Shown piece after piece: positions 9,316 to 18,273 of a DNA stretch of 44,425 bases. The position numbers and the translations under genes are program-made. Below the pieces are notes generated by a model. That model saw only the letters and a program-made list of their open reading frames with translations, was not told where the DNA came from and did not search any database. Source of the stretch: an uncultured Leptolinea sp. (GTDB lineage Bacteria > Chloroflexota > Anaerolineae > Anaerolineales > Anaerolineaceae); NCBI GenBank assembly GCA_964511135.1, contig CAZEEL010000003.1, forward strand, positions 1 to 44,425. Reading direction: 5' to 3'. The first letter of the stretch is position 1. Each line of letters begins with the position of its first letter.

Positions 9316-9345
9316 GCAGGGATGATTCTGTTTGAACTGAATGCG

Positions 9346-9612
9346 TTAAAAATGCGTATAGTTGTCTACTTTTAATACAAACATAATGCCTGAATGCTGG
9401 TCTGGTTCAGACAGTTTGCTACAGGCTTCGCGGATGGTTTTAAAGGCTTCATCTACCTGTTCATCCTGAATTCCAATTAACAGGGTGCTTTGTCCGGGGC
9501 GGAACAGTCCGCCGGTTGAGGCAATACAGGTAACTTTGAAGCCCTTATCGGTTAAAGCATGGGTAACGTTATCATTATCAGCGCCATTAATAATTGCAAG
9601 GATGAGTTTCAT
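9346..9612 (-). CDS. short PII-like c-di-AMP receptor family paralog (DarA/YaaQ, DUF970-like), 88 aa
   Basis: MKLILAIINGADNDNVTHALTDKGFKVTCIASTGGLFRPGQSTLLIGIQDEQVDEAFKTIRE parallels the B. subtilis DarA N-terminal pattern as I recall it ([34 protein letters not shown].IGVED). The C-terminus IMFVLKVDNYTHF matches the DarA end, but the long internal loop is missing. RBS GAGGAG. Confidence 0.65.
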   Translation of the reverse strand: MKLILAIINGADNDNVTHALTDKGFKVTCIASTGGLFRPGQSTLLIGIQDEQVDEAFKTIREACSKLSEPDQHSGIMFVLKVDNYTHF

Positions 9613-9617
9613 CGGTA

Positions 9618-9956
9618 TTAAATCTCCTCTACACGTTCAATTTCCAGACCAAAGATGGTTGCTCCGCCGACGGTAATCGGCGTAGGGGTTGGTAAAGGCA
9701 AAGGGGCAGATTCTAAAGGAACAGCAATATATTCAATTCGCTGGCGGCAATTCTTTCGCAATATCGATTCTGTCAATTCCTGTTGATCATGTCGGATCGG
9801 AATAACCAAAGTTGCATTTCTGCGGCCAAGAAAACCGCCGATACTGGAGAGATGGTTGGCAGAAATACCGTTTTTCTCCAGCATTTTGAGGGTTGGGTCA
9901 ACATCCTGTGCCTGGATGACGGCCATAAGGAGTAAGGTATTTTTTTGTTTATCCAT
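9618..9956 (-). CDS. darA: PII-like cyclic-di-AMP receptor DarA/YaaQ family protein, full length (112 aa)
   Basis: LLLMAVIQAQDVDP..ISANHLSSIGGFLGRRNATLVIPI..VGGATIFGLEIERVEEI matches the DarA pattern, including the C-terminal VGGATVFVLPV-like strand. RBS AGGAGA. The start is 21 nt after the upstream stop. Confidence 0.7.
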   Translation of the reverse strand: MDKQKNTLLLMAVIQAQDVDPTLKMLEKNGISANHLSSIGGFLGRRNATLVIPIRHDQQELTESILRKNCRQRIEYIAVPLESAPLPLPTPTPITVGGATIFGLEIERVEEI

Positions 9957-9977
9957 ATTTTTCTGTCTCCTTTCTTT

Positions 9978-12359
9978 TTATTTCACCATGATGCAGTGCG
10001 GGCCAGGTCCATAGACCTGAATCGTTTTGCCTGAGGGGAAATGAATGTTTGTTTCATCGGTTGTTTGCCTCAGGATCGTCATTCCTTTATATTTTACCGT
10101 AATTGGCCAGGGAAAAGGATTTTTTCCTGCCAACTCTACCGTTTGATCGCCAAGGCTTTTTATGCCGGCTGTCTGCAGGAAAAAGTCTACCGGAGCCAGA
10201 CCCTCCAGCGAGTTTGGTTTTCCCATTGCAAAACCGGTTTCAGTATTGTATTTTTCACCAAATTGAAAGTTTTGACTGAACTGAGTGATGATTGCCCGCA
10301 TGATTCTGGTTAAGATTTCAGCACATTCGACCTGATAGTGGCAGTTGAGCAGTCCTTCTCCCAATAAAATGACCCAGGGCAGAAAGGATTGAAATAAGGG
10401 TTCAGCATTGGGGTGAGTTGTGTCGGGCGAAATGAAGGGAATGCCATAGTCGCGCAGGTAGCGCGGCAGAATCCAGGTTTCAATTTGTTTTTTTGCGGTA
10501 TCTTCTGGCAGGATGTCAGCCCATAACGGGCTATAGAGACTGAGATCTTCGATGGAGAAGTCCATGGTTTGCACCAGGATGCGGTCGGCGGCGCCTGCCC
10601 CTTCAATGGTGATCTGTTCAATACTTTTAAAGGCGCAGGGGGAGACCCAGCGGGCTTTTTGCTCTGCCCACATGAGTTGCTCATAAGAAATATATTCTGT
10701 GTGATCTCTGTTGTCGGCAGTCTTTCCCTGGATGGATATGGCCAGTGCATGCGGGCGGGATGTCTGGCAGTGTATCTGCAACATGGGGCGGCCGGGCTGC
10801 GCAAAAACCCGCTTTGGGTGAAAACAATTGTTTCCCTGATATCTGCCAACGACGGCTCCGGCTGGTGAAAGATGGGTTTCAAAATCACGGTATCGAGGCT
10901 GGGCAGTATCGTGATCGTAAAATTCGAGGGCTGTTTTTGACAGGCGGCTGCATTGTTGTTCGAGCCAGGAAGCTGCTTCATCCTGCAGCAACAGCGCCGT
11001 TTCCTTCAGTAAGCTGCATTCTTTGTACAGGAAGGCGATTAAAGCCGGGTTTTCATAATAATGAATCGAATATTGGCGCAAAGCGGAAAAAAGAGGGTCG
11101 ACAGTTAAGGCTGCCTGTTCTGTTCCGTTCTGCTGCGGGTGATCCCATTCCGGGCAATTATCCTGATCTCGATCATGGGTTGGAGAGAACCAGCATTTCA
11201 GATACTGTAAAAGAACCTTATAGTATTTTATTCGAAGGGTTTGGGTGGAATCACAGCGTTCAATTAACCAGCAGAGGTAGATCAAAAAGGGCTGGGCAAG
11301 AAAAAAACTTTTTTCATCGGTAGGGCTGTTGAGGTTGCCAATAAAGCCGGTTTCATCGGCTTGCCTGAGAATGTTTTCCAGTATGGATGCTGCGATTTCC
11401 GGAGCGCCGGGGAGAATTTGTTTAACCCAATACAGGGTTTCAAGCGGTGTTGTACCCTGCCAGCTGGCGGGGTAATCCAGCCCGTCTTTTCTCATGGAGT
11501 AGCCCTGATCCGGCAGACGATTTTTAACCAATACCGGGTTGGGAAGGCTTCCGGCAGACCGGTGGATGAGCCTGAACGCTTCGGTCTGGCTGAGGGCCAG
11601 GGCAAGATCCCACTGGATATCGCCGGTAGTGATCTCAATTGTTTGCCCGGTGTTTTGCATTATCAGGCGGGTGATTTCGGCATCCCACTGGCGGGCAGCG
11701 GTGGCCTGGGCAAGGTCAAAGGATTCCTGTTTTGAGTTTAATCCGCCAACGGCCCAGGTAATGCGGCGGGTTTTCCCCATATCCAATTCAATGGGAACCC
11801 ATAAAGCCGAGGCGGAGTTGCGGGCCGGAGAAGGCGATCCGGTCATATAGCAGACCGGGGTAATGGATGAAGAATGGCCGGCTAAGATATGCCCTGGCCC
11901 CATAGGATAAAGGGTCATGCTTTGGCCGTTTTCCTGAGCGGCCAGAAGGCCGCACCATTCCAGATCCAGGCTCAGAGATTCAGGCGTGCGGTTGGTCATT
12001 GAAATTCTGCCGGCAATGGCGTTACTTTCAGGGCACCAGTATTCCAGCATGACATCCATGTTTTCAACTGGCGAGCATGTGAAAGCGGCATAATTGGCCG
12101 CAAATGTATGCAGCAGCAGCGGAGAGTGAAAGTCGGCTGGATTGACATACTTATTTTTATTCAGGATAAACTGCGGGTAGAACAGGATCTGTTTTACCCG
12201 CATGCCGTAACAGGTACGGATTGTTAATCCCTGATGGCTGTTTTTATCCCAGGTTATCTCCCAGATCTGATCGTCCAGGAAGTTTGGGGCAGAAAATCGA
12301 CTGTCTGCTGCCAGGATTAAACGGTATCCGGATTGAAAAGGAACTTTCCATTCGCGCAT
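9978..12359 (-). CDS. GH63/MGH1-like six-hairpin glycoside hydrolase family protein (793 aa)
   Basis: DRDQDNCPEWDHP resembles the [ES]G[ML]DNSPRWD acid-catalyst motif of GH63/GH37-type (alpha/alpha)6 enzymes. The C-terminal FGEKYNTETGFAMGKPNSLEGLAP resembles the f-x-E-x-Y-x-p-x-tG base-catalyst region. This is motif-level evidence only. Confidence 0.5.
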   Translation of the reverse strand: MREWKVPFQSGYRLILAADSRFSAPNFLDDQIWEITWDKNSHQGLTIRTCYGMRVKQILFYPQFILNKNKYVNPADFHSPLLLHTFAANYAAFTCSPVENMDVMLEYWCPESNAIAGRISMTNRTPESLSLDLEWCGLLAAQENGQSMTLYPMGPGHILAGHSSSITPVCYMTGSPSPARNSASALWVPIELDMGKTRRITWAVGGLNSKQESFDLAQATAARQWDAEITRLIMQNTGQTIEITTGDIQWDLALALSQTEAFRLIHRSAGSLPNPVLVKNRLPDQGYSMRKDGLDYPASWQGTTPLETLYWVKQILPGAPEIAASILENILRQADETGFIGNLNSPTDEKSFFLAQPFLIYLCWLIERCDSTQTLRIKYYKVLLQYLKCWFSPTHDRDQDNCPEWDHPQQNGTEQAALTVDPLFSALRQYSIHYYENPALIAFLYKECSLLKETALLLQDEAASWLEQQCSRLSKTALEFYDHDTAQPRYRDFETHLSPAGAVVGRYQGNNCFHPKRVFAQPGRPMLQIHCQTSRPHALAISIQGKTADNRDHTEYISYEQLMWAEQKARWVSPCAFKSIEQITIEGAGAADRILVQTMDFSIEDLSLYSPLWADILPEDTAKKQIETWILPRYLRDYGIPFISPDTTHPNAEPLFQSFLPWVILLGEGLLNCHYQVECAEILTRIMRAIITQFSQNFQFGEKYNTETGFAMGKPNSLEGLAPVDFFLQTAGIKSLGDQTVELAGKNPFPWPITVKYKGMTILRQTTDETNIHFPSGKTIQVYGPGPHCIMVK

Positions 12360-12452
12360 AGCTTTAACATTTTAAGTCAGGATTGACAGGGGGTCAATTA
12401 CCTGAGAGTGGGTTCGGATAGTGTGTTAAAATCGAAATGAGGCATTTAAAAT

Positions 12453-15400
12453 ATGAGTTTTAACAATTCTGAACAACCGGATCCGCGGAATTCTCAAACC
12501 CCAGGTCAGCCGTCACAACCGGCGGGGTCTTCTTCTCAACCGAATCCGATACCGGAAAGGTTGGTGGACAGGCATATTCGCAGGTATTTGTCTCAGCAGT
12601 CTCATCTGACTGAGGCAAAGGATGATGAGACGCTGTTACCGGGTGGTGAAACAACCACGCAGGCGTTTACCGGATCGACTTTTGTGAATCATCCTGACGA
12701 TACCCCTGTTACGGAAATGGAAGATGGAACGACCATCGTCTCTTCTGTTTCCGGAGAGTATGATGAAACCATTCGAACCTCTCTGGCTGAGGATGACACG
12801 CTGGTTAATCCGCCGGGCGATGTTTCTGAAAGGCTGCCGCGCCCGGCCCTGACTACGGATGTTGGCGCTACCCAGGTGATGCCGTCTGCCTATCAAAGAG
12901 GCGTGCACAATGTTCTTCCGGATGTGCATGGGGTTTCTCCCCGCCGCCGGAGTGTTGCAAATGCACCCATGCCTGGTTTCGAAAATTCCGGATCAGCAGC
13001 ATATCATGTTCGTTCCCAGGCAGAAGAATCGAGGAAGAAAGCGGAAGCCCGACAGCGCTATCTTCAATCTTTGGCCAATCAGCCAGGCGGCCCCAAACCT
13101 CCTGAAAGAAATGGCGGCAGACCGCCATTCAGGGGGAAGGGCGGAGGAAATCTTCCCAGGAAAGAAAAAGGGACTGTTTTTGTACGTCTGATTATTGTCT
13201 TTTTTGTCCTGACTTTTCTTGTTCTGGCAGGCATGTCGTATGGGCTTTACCGTTATTATCAGATTGCGTCCATCCTGCCTGATGTGAACAGTCTGCGGGA
13301 AAGAGCCTCGCAGTTTGAAACGACCCGGATTCTGGATCGCAATGGCAATGTCCTTTATGAAATTAATGATCCGAATCAGGGCCGGCGGACATATGTTCCC
13401 CTGAAGGATATATCGCCCAATTTGATTGCTGCTACGATTGCTACTGAAGATAAAGATTTTTATGAAAACCCCGGCTTTGATGTTTTGGGTATCATGCGGG
13501 CATTGTATCAAAACTATACTTCCGGCGAAGTGGTATCGGGCGCTTCAACGGTGACTCAGCAATTAGCCCGCCTGCTGTTGATGAGCCAATCTGAGCGATA
13601 TGAACAGAATGCTGACCGCAAAGCCCGCGAAATTATCCTGGCGGCTGAAATTACCCGCCGTTATACAAAAGATGAAATCATGGAGCTGTATCTCAATGAG
13701 ATTTATTATGGGAATATGGCTTATGGGATTCAGGCTGCCTCAGAAACCTATTTTCACAAAAAAGCTGCCGAACTCACGGTTGCTGAGGCGGCTTTTCTGG
13801 CTGGACTGCCGCAAAGTCCGTCGGTATACGATATTTTCAATAATCGTGATGCTACCCTGATACGAAACAGGCAGGTATTGGTGCTCATGTACACCCTGAG
13901 CAATGAACGGAATTGTATTGATGTGCAGACGCCTCAGTCAAAAGTTTGTATGGATGCTGCCCAGGCGGCGGTTGCTGCAGATGAGATTTCCAATTATCCC
14001 TTTGAACAGAGCGTTGGTACCATTCGATATCCGCATTGGGTGTTTTATATCCGTTCTCTGCTTGAAAGCATGTATGACCCGCAAACGATTTATCGTTCCG
14101 GGTTTACGGTCTATACGACTTTAGACCCTGATTTGCAGGACTTTGCCCAACAGACCGTTACCCATCAGGTGGCGCAGCTGGCAAATAATCAGGCTTTTGG
14201 CGGGGCGCTGGTTTCTATCCAGCCGTCTACCGGTGAAATATTGGCTCTGGTGGGCTCTCCTGATTTTCATAATGAAGCAGCTTCCGGTCAGATTAATATG
14301 GCGGTCAGTCCGCGTCAGCCGGGGTCTTCCATCAAGCCGTTGACCTTTGCGGCGGCCTTTGAAAAAGGCTGGACGCCGGCTACCCTGATTTGGGATGTGC
14401 CAACCGATTTTCCTCCCTCGGGAAGGAAAGATGATACTCAGCCGCCCTATCAACCGGTTAATTATTCCGGAGTTTTCCGCGGCCCGGTGACCGTGAGAAC
14501 GGCTTTGGCCAATTCTTTAAATATTCCGGCGGTCAAAGCGCTTGAATTTGTGGGTATTTATGATGATCCGGATACGCCTCAAGAAGAAGGGTTTATCCGT
14601 TTTGCTGAGAGGCTGGGAATTGATACGTTAACCCGCGATGATTACGGCCTGTCGCTCACTCTGGGCGGGGGAGATGTCACTTTGCTGCAGCTTACCAGCG
14701 CTTTCGGGGTATTTGCTGCTAATGGAGTGCGCCAGACCCCGATTGCTATCACCAGGATTCTTGATTCGCGCGGAAATGATGTCTATGTGCATGTTCCGTC
14801 TCAGGGAGAGCAGGTGATCCGGCCGGAATATGCTTATCTGATCAGTGATATTCTTTCAGATAATGAAGCCCGGTCGATGGAATTTGGTTCCAATTCTGTT
14901 CTTAATCTGCCGTTCAGAGCGGCTGCCAAAACGGGTACGACCAATGATTTTCGGGATAACTGGACAATCGGGTATACGCCGGATCTGGTAACCGGCGTGT
15001 GGGTGGGGAACCCGGATTATACGCCGATGATTAATACTACCGGTATGACCGGCGCCGCTCCAATCTGGTCTGAATTTATGCAATTCGCGGTCTATAAAGT
15101 AACGGGCGGAAATCCATCTCCTTTTTATCGGCCCAATGCAATTATTGAGAAGATCATTTGCTCGGTCTCAGGAACGGAACCTTCAGAGTGGTGTCCCTCA
15201 GAACGTTCAGAATTGTTTACCAGGGATCAGCCGCCGCTTTCAAAGCAGGATGACTTATGGCAGAAGATTAACATTAATACCTGGAGCGGGCTGCTGGCTT
15301 CTCCTTACTGTGCCGGGTTTACAGATGAAAAAATGGCTATCCAGGTTAGCGATCCTTTTGCTGTTCGGTGGCTTCAGGAAACCGACGAAGGACGAAGTTG

Positions 15401-15911
15401 GGCTGAAAGTTATGGTTTTGAATCTCCGTTTTTCTTTAAACCTGAGAGAGAATGTAAAGAAAACGATTTGCAGCCAACGATTGAGTTTGTCGGTTTAACG
15501 TCAGGCCAGATGATTGAAGAAAGACCGCTGGATATTTATGCGATTGTGAATTCGCAGCAGGATTTCTCCCGATTTCGTCTGGAGTGGGGCAAGGGTGATG
15601 ATCCGGAAGATTGGGAAGAGCTGATGAGCTCAAATAATCAATATATAAAACCTGAAAAACTGCTTTCCTGGGATATGCAGGATGTTAAGGACAAGACCAT
15701 CACTCTGAGAATTTATGCAGAGTCAACTCGTTCAACGTATGCAGAGAAGAAAATTGTTTTGCGTCTTCATTTGCCGGAGCCAACACCGACGCCAACCCTG
15801 CCCCCCGTATATACGCCTACGCCGACGCCGACGGAAATAAATATCTATCTGCCTTCCAATACTCCTTCGCCGGCAACCCCTCAACCGCCTGAGCCTGCTT
15901 CCACTCCTTAA
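12453..15911 (+). CDS. class A penicillin-binding protein (GT51 glycosyltransferase plus transpeptidase) with long disordered N-terminus and Pro/Thr-rich C-terminus
   Basis: GT51 motif ATEDKDFYENPGFD. Transpeptidase motifs SxxK (PGSSIKP), SxN (ANSLNIP) and KTG (AKTGTTND). One TM helix, VRLIIVFFVLTFLVLAGMSYGLY. Confidence 0.9.
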   Translation: MSFNNSEQPDPRNSQTPGQPSQPAGSSSQPNPIPERLVDRHIRRYLSQQSHLTEAKDDETLLPGGETTTQAFTGSTFVNHPDDTPVTEMEDGTTIVSSVSGEYDETIRTSLAEDDTLVNPPGDVSERLPRPALTTDVGATQVMPSAYQRGVHNVLPDVHGVSPRRRSVANAPMPGFENSGSAAYHVRSQAEESRKKAEARQRYLQSLANQPGGPKPPERNGGRPPFRGKGGGNLPRKEKGTVFVRLIIVFFVLTFLVLAGMSYGLYRYYQIASILPDVNSLRERASQFETTRILDRNGNVLYEINDPNQGRRTYVPLKDISPNLIAATIATEDKDFYENPGFDVLGIMRALYQNYTSGEVVSGASTVTQQLARLLLMSQSERYEQNADRKAREIILAAEITRRYTKDEIMELYLNEIYYGNMAYGIQAASETYFHKKAAELTVAEAAFLAGLPQSPSVYDIFNNRDATLIRNRQVLVLMYTLSNERNCIDVQTPQSKVCMDAAQAAVAADEISNYPFEQSVGTIRYPHWVFYIRSLLESMYDPQTIYRSGFTVYTTLDPDLQDFAQQTVTHQVAQLANNQAFGGALVSIQPSTGEILALVGSPDFHNEAASGQINMAVSPRQPGSSIKPLTFAAAFEKGWTPATLIWDVPTDFPPSGRKDDTQPPYQPVNYSGVFRGPVTVRTALANSLNIPAVKALEFVGIYDDPDTPQEEGFIRFAERLGIDTLTRDDYGLSLTLGGGDVTLLQLTSAFGVFAANGVRQTPIAITRILDSRGNDVYVHVPSQGEQVIRPEYAYLISDILSDNEARSMEFGSNSVLNLPFRAAAKTGTTNDFRDNWTIGYTPDLVTGVWVGNPDYTPMINTTGMTGAAPIWSEFMQFAVYKVTGGNPSPFYRPNAIIEKIICSVSGTEPSEWCPSERSELFTRDQPPLSKQDDLWQKININTWSGLLASPYCAGFTDEKMAIQVSDPFAVRWLQETDEGRSWAESYGFESPFFFKPERECKENDLQPTIEFVGLTSGQMIEERPLDIYAIVNSQQDFSRFRLEWGKGDDPEDWEELMSSNNQYIKPEKLLSWDMQDVKDKTITLRIYAESTRSTYAEKKIVLRLHLPEPTPTPTLPPVYTPTPTPTEINIYLPSNTPSPATPQPPEPASTP

Positions 15912-15985
15912 ATGGGCAGTTTGGAGTCAGGGGGTGAAAGGATTAAAGGCAGGTTTTAAAAGCCGGAACTGTCAGGTTTTGCCTG

Positions 15986-17392
15986 TTATGTGCGGCTGAA
16001 ATATTTTTGCTCAATGGATTGCCAGGTTTCATCCTGGGGAAGATTCAGGAGCATTTCTGTTTCGGGAATGGCGGCAATAATTTGTTCTGCCATTTTGAAG
16101 GCTGCCCGGCGGATGGAATAGTGCGCATTCTTACGGGTTCGCAGCCGGATGAGATGATACAGGCTGCGCAGGTTGATGGCGGCCAGCATGCGGCGTTTAT
16201 ATCCATTGGGTACACAATATGCGGCCGCCTGCGGAGCGGTTTCATGCAGGGTCTGCCAGCATTCCTCTGCCATGTTCATAGCCTGACAGTAACTTTCTTC
16301 ACAGCCGGCATTGGTAATTAATGCTGGAACGCAGTAACCAAGCCGGGTATTTAACTCCTGAGGTGTGAGGGTCATCATGCGATGGCGCTTAAATTCATAA
16401 TATGCACCCTGATCCATGATTAATTCAAAGATACATTGGACATATTCTGTTTCACGGATGGGAAGTTCAAACTCAGTGAAGCTGCTTAAAATCTGCGTTA
16501 ACAGAGATGTGCGCTCATCGGCGTTTAAGTTTTTAATGGTATTTTGTGCGTCTTCAAAAGAAACCGGTTGATAGCGAAACAGGGCGGCTGAGAGCAGTTG
16601 CTGTATGGCTTCCGGTGAGTGGAACAGTAATTGACAATCCCGCGGGCTGTTACTGAAGCCGCAGCCTGGCATGGCGAGGGGGAGTGTTTCCAGGTATTGG
16701 CTGGGGGCGGCATATTTTACCAGGGTAGGCACTTCATGTTGAGCGACTGCTTTTATTTCTCTGCCGATGGATCTGACTTCTGCGAATGGGTGGCTCAGCA
16801 TTTTGCTGATTAAACCTTCCAAAGCGCGGGCGTTCATGGTTAGGCCGACATTTGCCAGTGATGCGGCTGGAAGGAGAAAGCGGCAGGAATCGATTGCCTC
16901 GGTGCGCAAATGGCGTTTGCGGGCAGCTTCATCTTCATCAGGCAGGGTGTCAGCATGGCTGGTCAGCCATTTTTCAGTGACTTCAAGACAGTGATGATAG
17001 GCATTAAAGAGCTGTTCTATGGTATGGGTGTAAGTATGAAGCAGGGTGGGGGCTGTAAGCTCTTCCGGAATGTGATAATCTGTTTTATCCCATTTTTGAT
17101 AACGGGTCGATTTTTCGGTATAAGACGCCAGCCGGCAGCTTTGAACAGTTTCTACAGCCAGTCTTGAAACATTTTCGAGCGCAAGGTGAAGAACGGCATG
17201 TTCTGCCACCGAAGCGTGGCCGTATCCGACTACCCATTTTTCGTGGAATTCGCTGCTTTTTGCAGTGGTGAGGTCCTTTGCAATATCCCGAAAAGATTGC
17301 GGGCTGCGTGAGGTTTTAGCGAAGGTAACGGCGATGGTTTCGGGATCCAGTTCTCTCGGATTCAGGACATAAATCTGACGATGGTTGGTCAT
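15986..17392 (-). CDS. thyX: FAD-dependent thymidylate synthase, long tandem-domain ThyX-type
   Basis: 468 aa, about twice a canonical ThyX. The first half carries CRLASYTEKSTRY (R-x-x-S-x4-S-x-R-Y part of the ThyX signature). The second half carries FKRHRMMT (RHR part). Confidence 0.7.
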   Translation of the reverse strand: MTNHRQIYVLNPRELDPETIAVTFAKTSRSPQSFRDIAKDLTTAKSSEFHEKWVVGYGHASVAEHAVLHLALENVSRLAVETVQSCRLASYTEKSTRYQKWDKTDYHIPEELTAPTLLHTYTHTIEQLFNAYHHCLEVTEKWLTSHADTLPDEDEAARKRHLRTEAIDSCRFLLPAASLANVGLTMNARALEGLISKMLSHPFAEVRSIGREIKAVAQHEVPTLVKYAAPSQYLETLPLAMPGCGFSNSPRDCQLLFHSPEAIQQLLSAALFRYQPVSFEDAQNTIKNLNADERTSLLTQILSSFTEFELPIRETEYVQCIFELIMDQGAYYEFKRHRMMTLTPQELNTRLGYCVPALITNAGCEESYCQAMNMAEECWQTLHETAPQAAAYCVPNGYKRRMLAAINLRSLYHLIRLRTRKNAHYSIRRAAFKMAEQIIAAIPETEMLLNLPQDETWQSIEQKYFSRT

Positions 17393-17411
17393 GCAGTTAT
17401 CTCCAAACAGT

Positions 17412-18242
17412 TTATTGTGATGGGCTGAAATCCAGCCGGGTTATTGTATCAGATGGGAACCCGTTCCTGCTGCCGGAGTCAGGAAAGATTCTCCTGCCAA
17501 AGGATGTATCTTTAATGATTGCCTGGCAGGAGACACTTTGGTTGTCAGATTTCAGGATGACCGGATATTTGCCTTCCGGAGGCAGGATCTGTTCTTCCCA
17601 ATGCTTAAACAGGTATGGATGATGGTTTGCCGTGTTGGGTGGGTTGACCGGGATAATCTGACCAGACAGCGCATAGGGTCTGCCTAACCAGGTAGCTGCA
17701 GCTTCCATATCTGCCTGCAAAATAAACTGCCGGATGCGGGTTGTTGAGACGATTTGATTTTTAATTCTCAATTGAGGGTAGATATGGAGATTGTAATGCA
17801 TGACAGGCCCCATCTGATCTAATACCTTCAGGCTGCCTTTGCGGTCTTTTCCAAGTGCAAAATCTTCACCTACCCAGATCTGGCGGATATCCATGATATC
17901 CGCCAACGACTCAATAAACGCCTGCGGTGAGAGGTTGACCACTTCCTTTGAGAAAGGATAATAAAGAACCTGATCGACACCCAATGATTCAAGAACGATG
18001 TTTCTGTCTTGAGGGCTGGTGAGATAAAAAGGCGGCTTTACCCGCTCCATGACCAGCGCCGGGTGAGGGTAAAGACTGACCAGGCAGACATTATGGCCCA
18101 GTGTGTGAGCCTCAGCAACGAGGTCTTTAATTAAGGCCTGATGCCCAAGATGCAGACCGTCATACGCTCCGATCGTGATCCAGGTTGGTTTTTGTTTTGT
18201 CTTAACCAGTGAATGAAATACTTTCATCTCCGCTGTTTCCAT
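17412..18242 (-). CDS. ribF: RibF-type FAD synthetase (FMN adenylyltransferase domain intact, riboflavin kinase domain divergent)
   Basis: The N-terminal domain has ITIGAYDGLHLGHQ and SLYPHP. The C-terminal region keeps LGRPY..G and NTAN but looks short and degenerate. Confidence 0.8.
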   Translation of the reverse strand: METAEMKVFHSLVKTKQKPTWITIGAYDGLHLGHQALIKDLVAEAHTLGHNVCLVSLYPHPALVMERVKPPFYLTSPQDRNIVLESLGVDQVLYYPFSKEVVNLSPQAFIESLADIMDIRQIWVGEDFALGKDRKGSLKVLDQMGPVMHYNLHIYPQLRIKNQIVSTTRIRQFILQADMEAAATWLGRPYALSGQIIPVNPPNTANHHPYLFKHWEEQILPPEGKYPVILKSDNQSVSCQAIIKDTSFGRRIFPDSGSRNGFPSDTITRLDFSPSQ

Positions 18243-18273
18243 CTATTGCATCTGTTTGCATGGGTCAACAGAT

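Noticed and set aside
10041-11850. Several 90-223-aa ORFs on both strands inside 9978..12359
   Set aside because: They are alternative or antisense frames of the 793-aa GH63-like gene with biased composition. The long frame carries the recognisable motifs.
12460-15633. Minus- and plus-strand ORFs (up to 172 aa) overlapping the PBP gene
   Set aside because: They are shadow frames within a 1152-aa gene that has complete GT51 and transpeptidase motifs.
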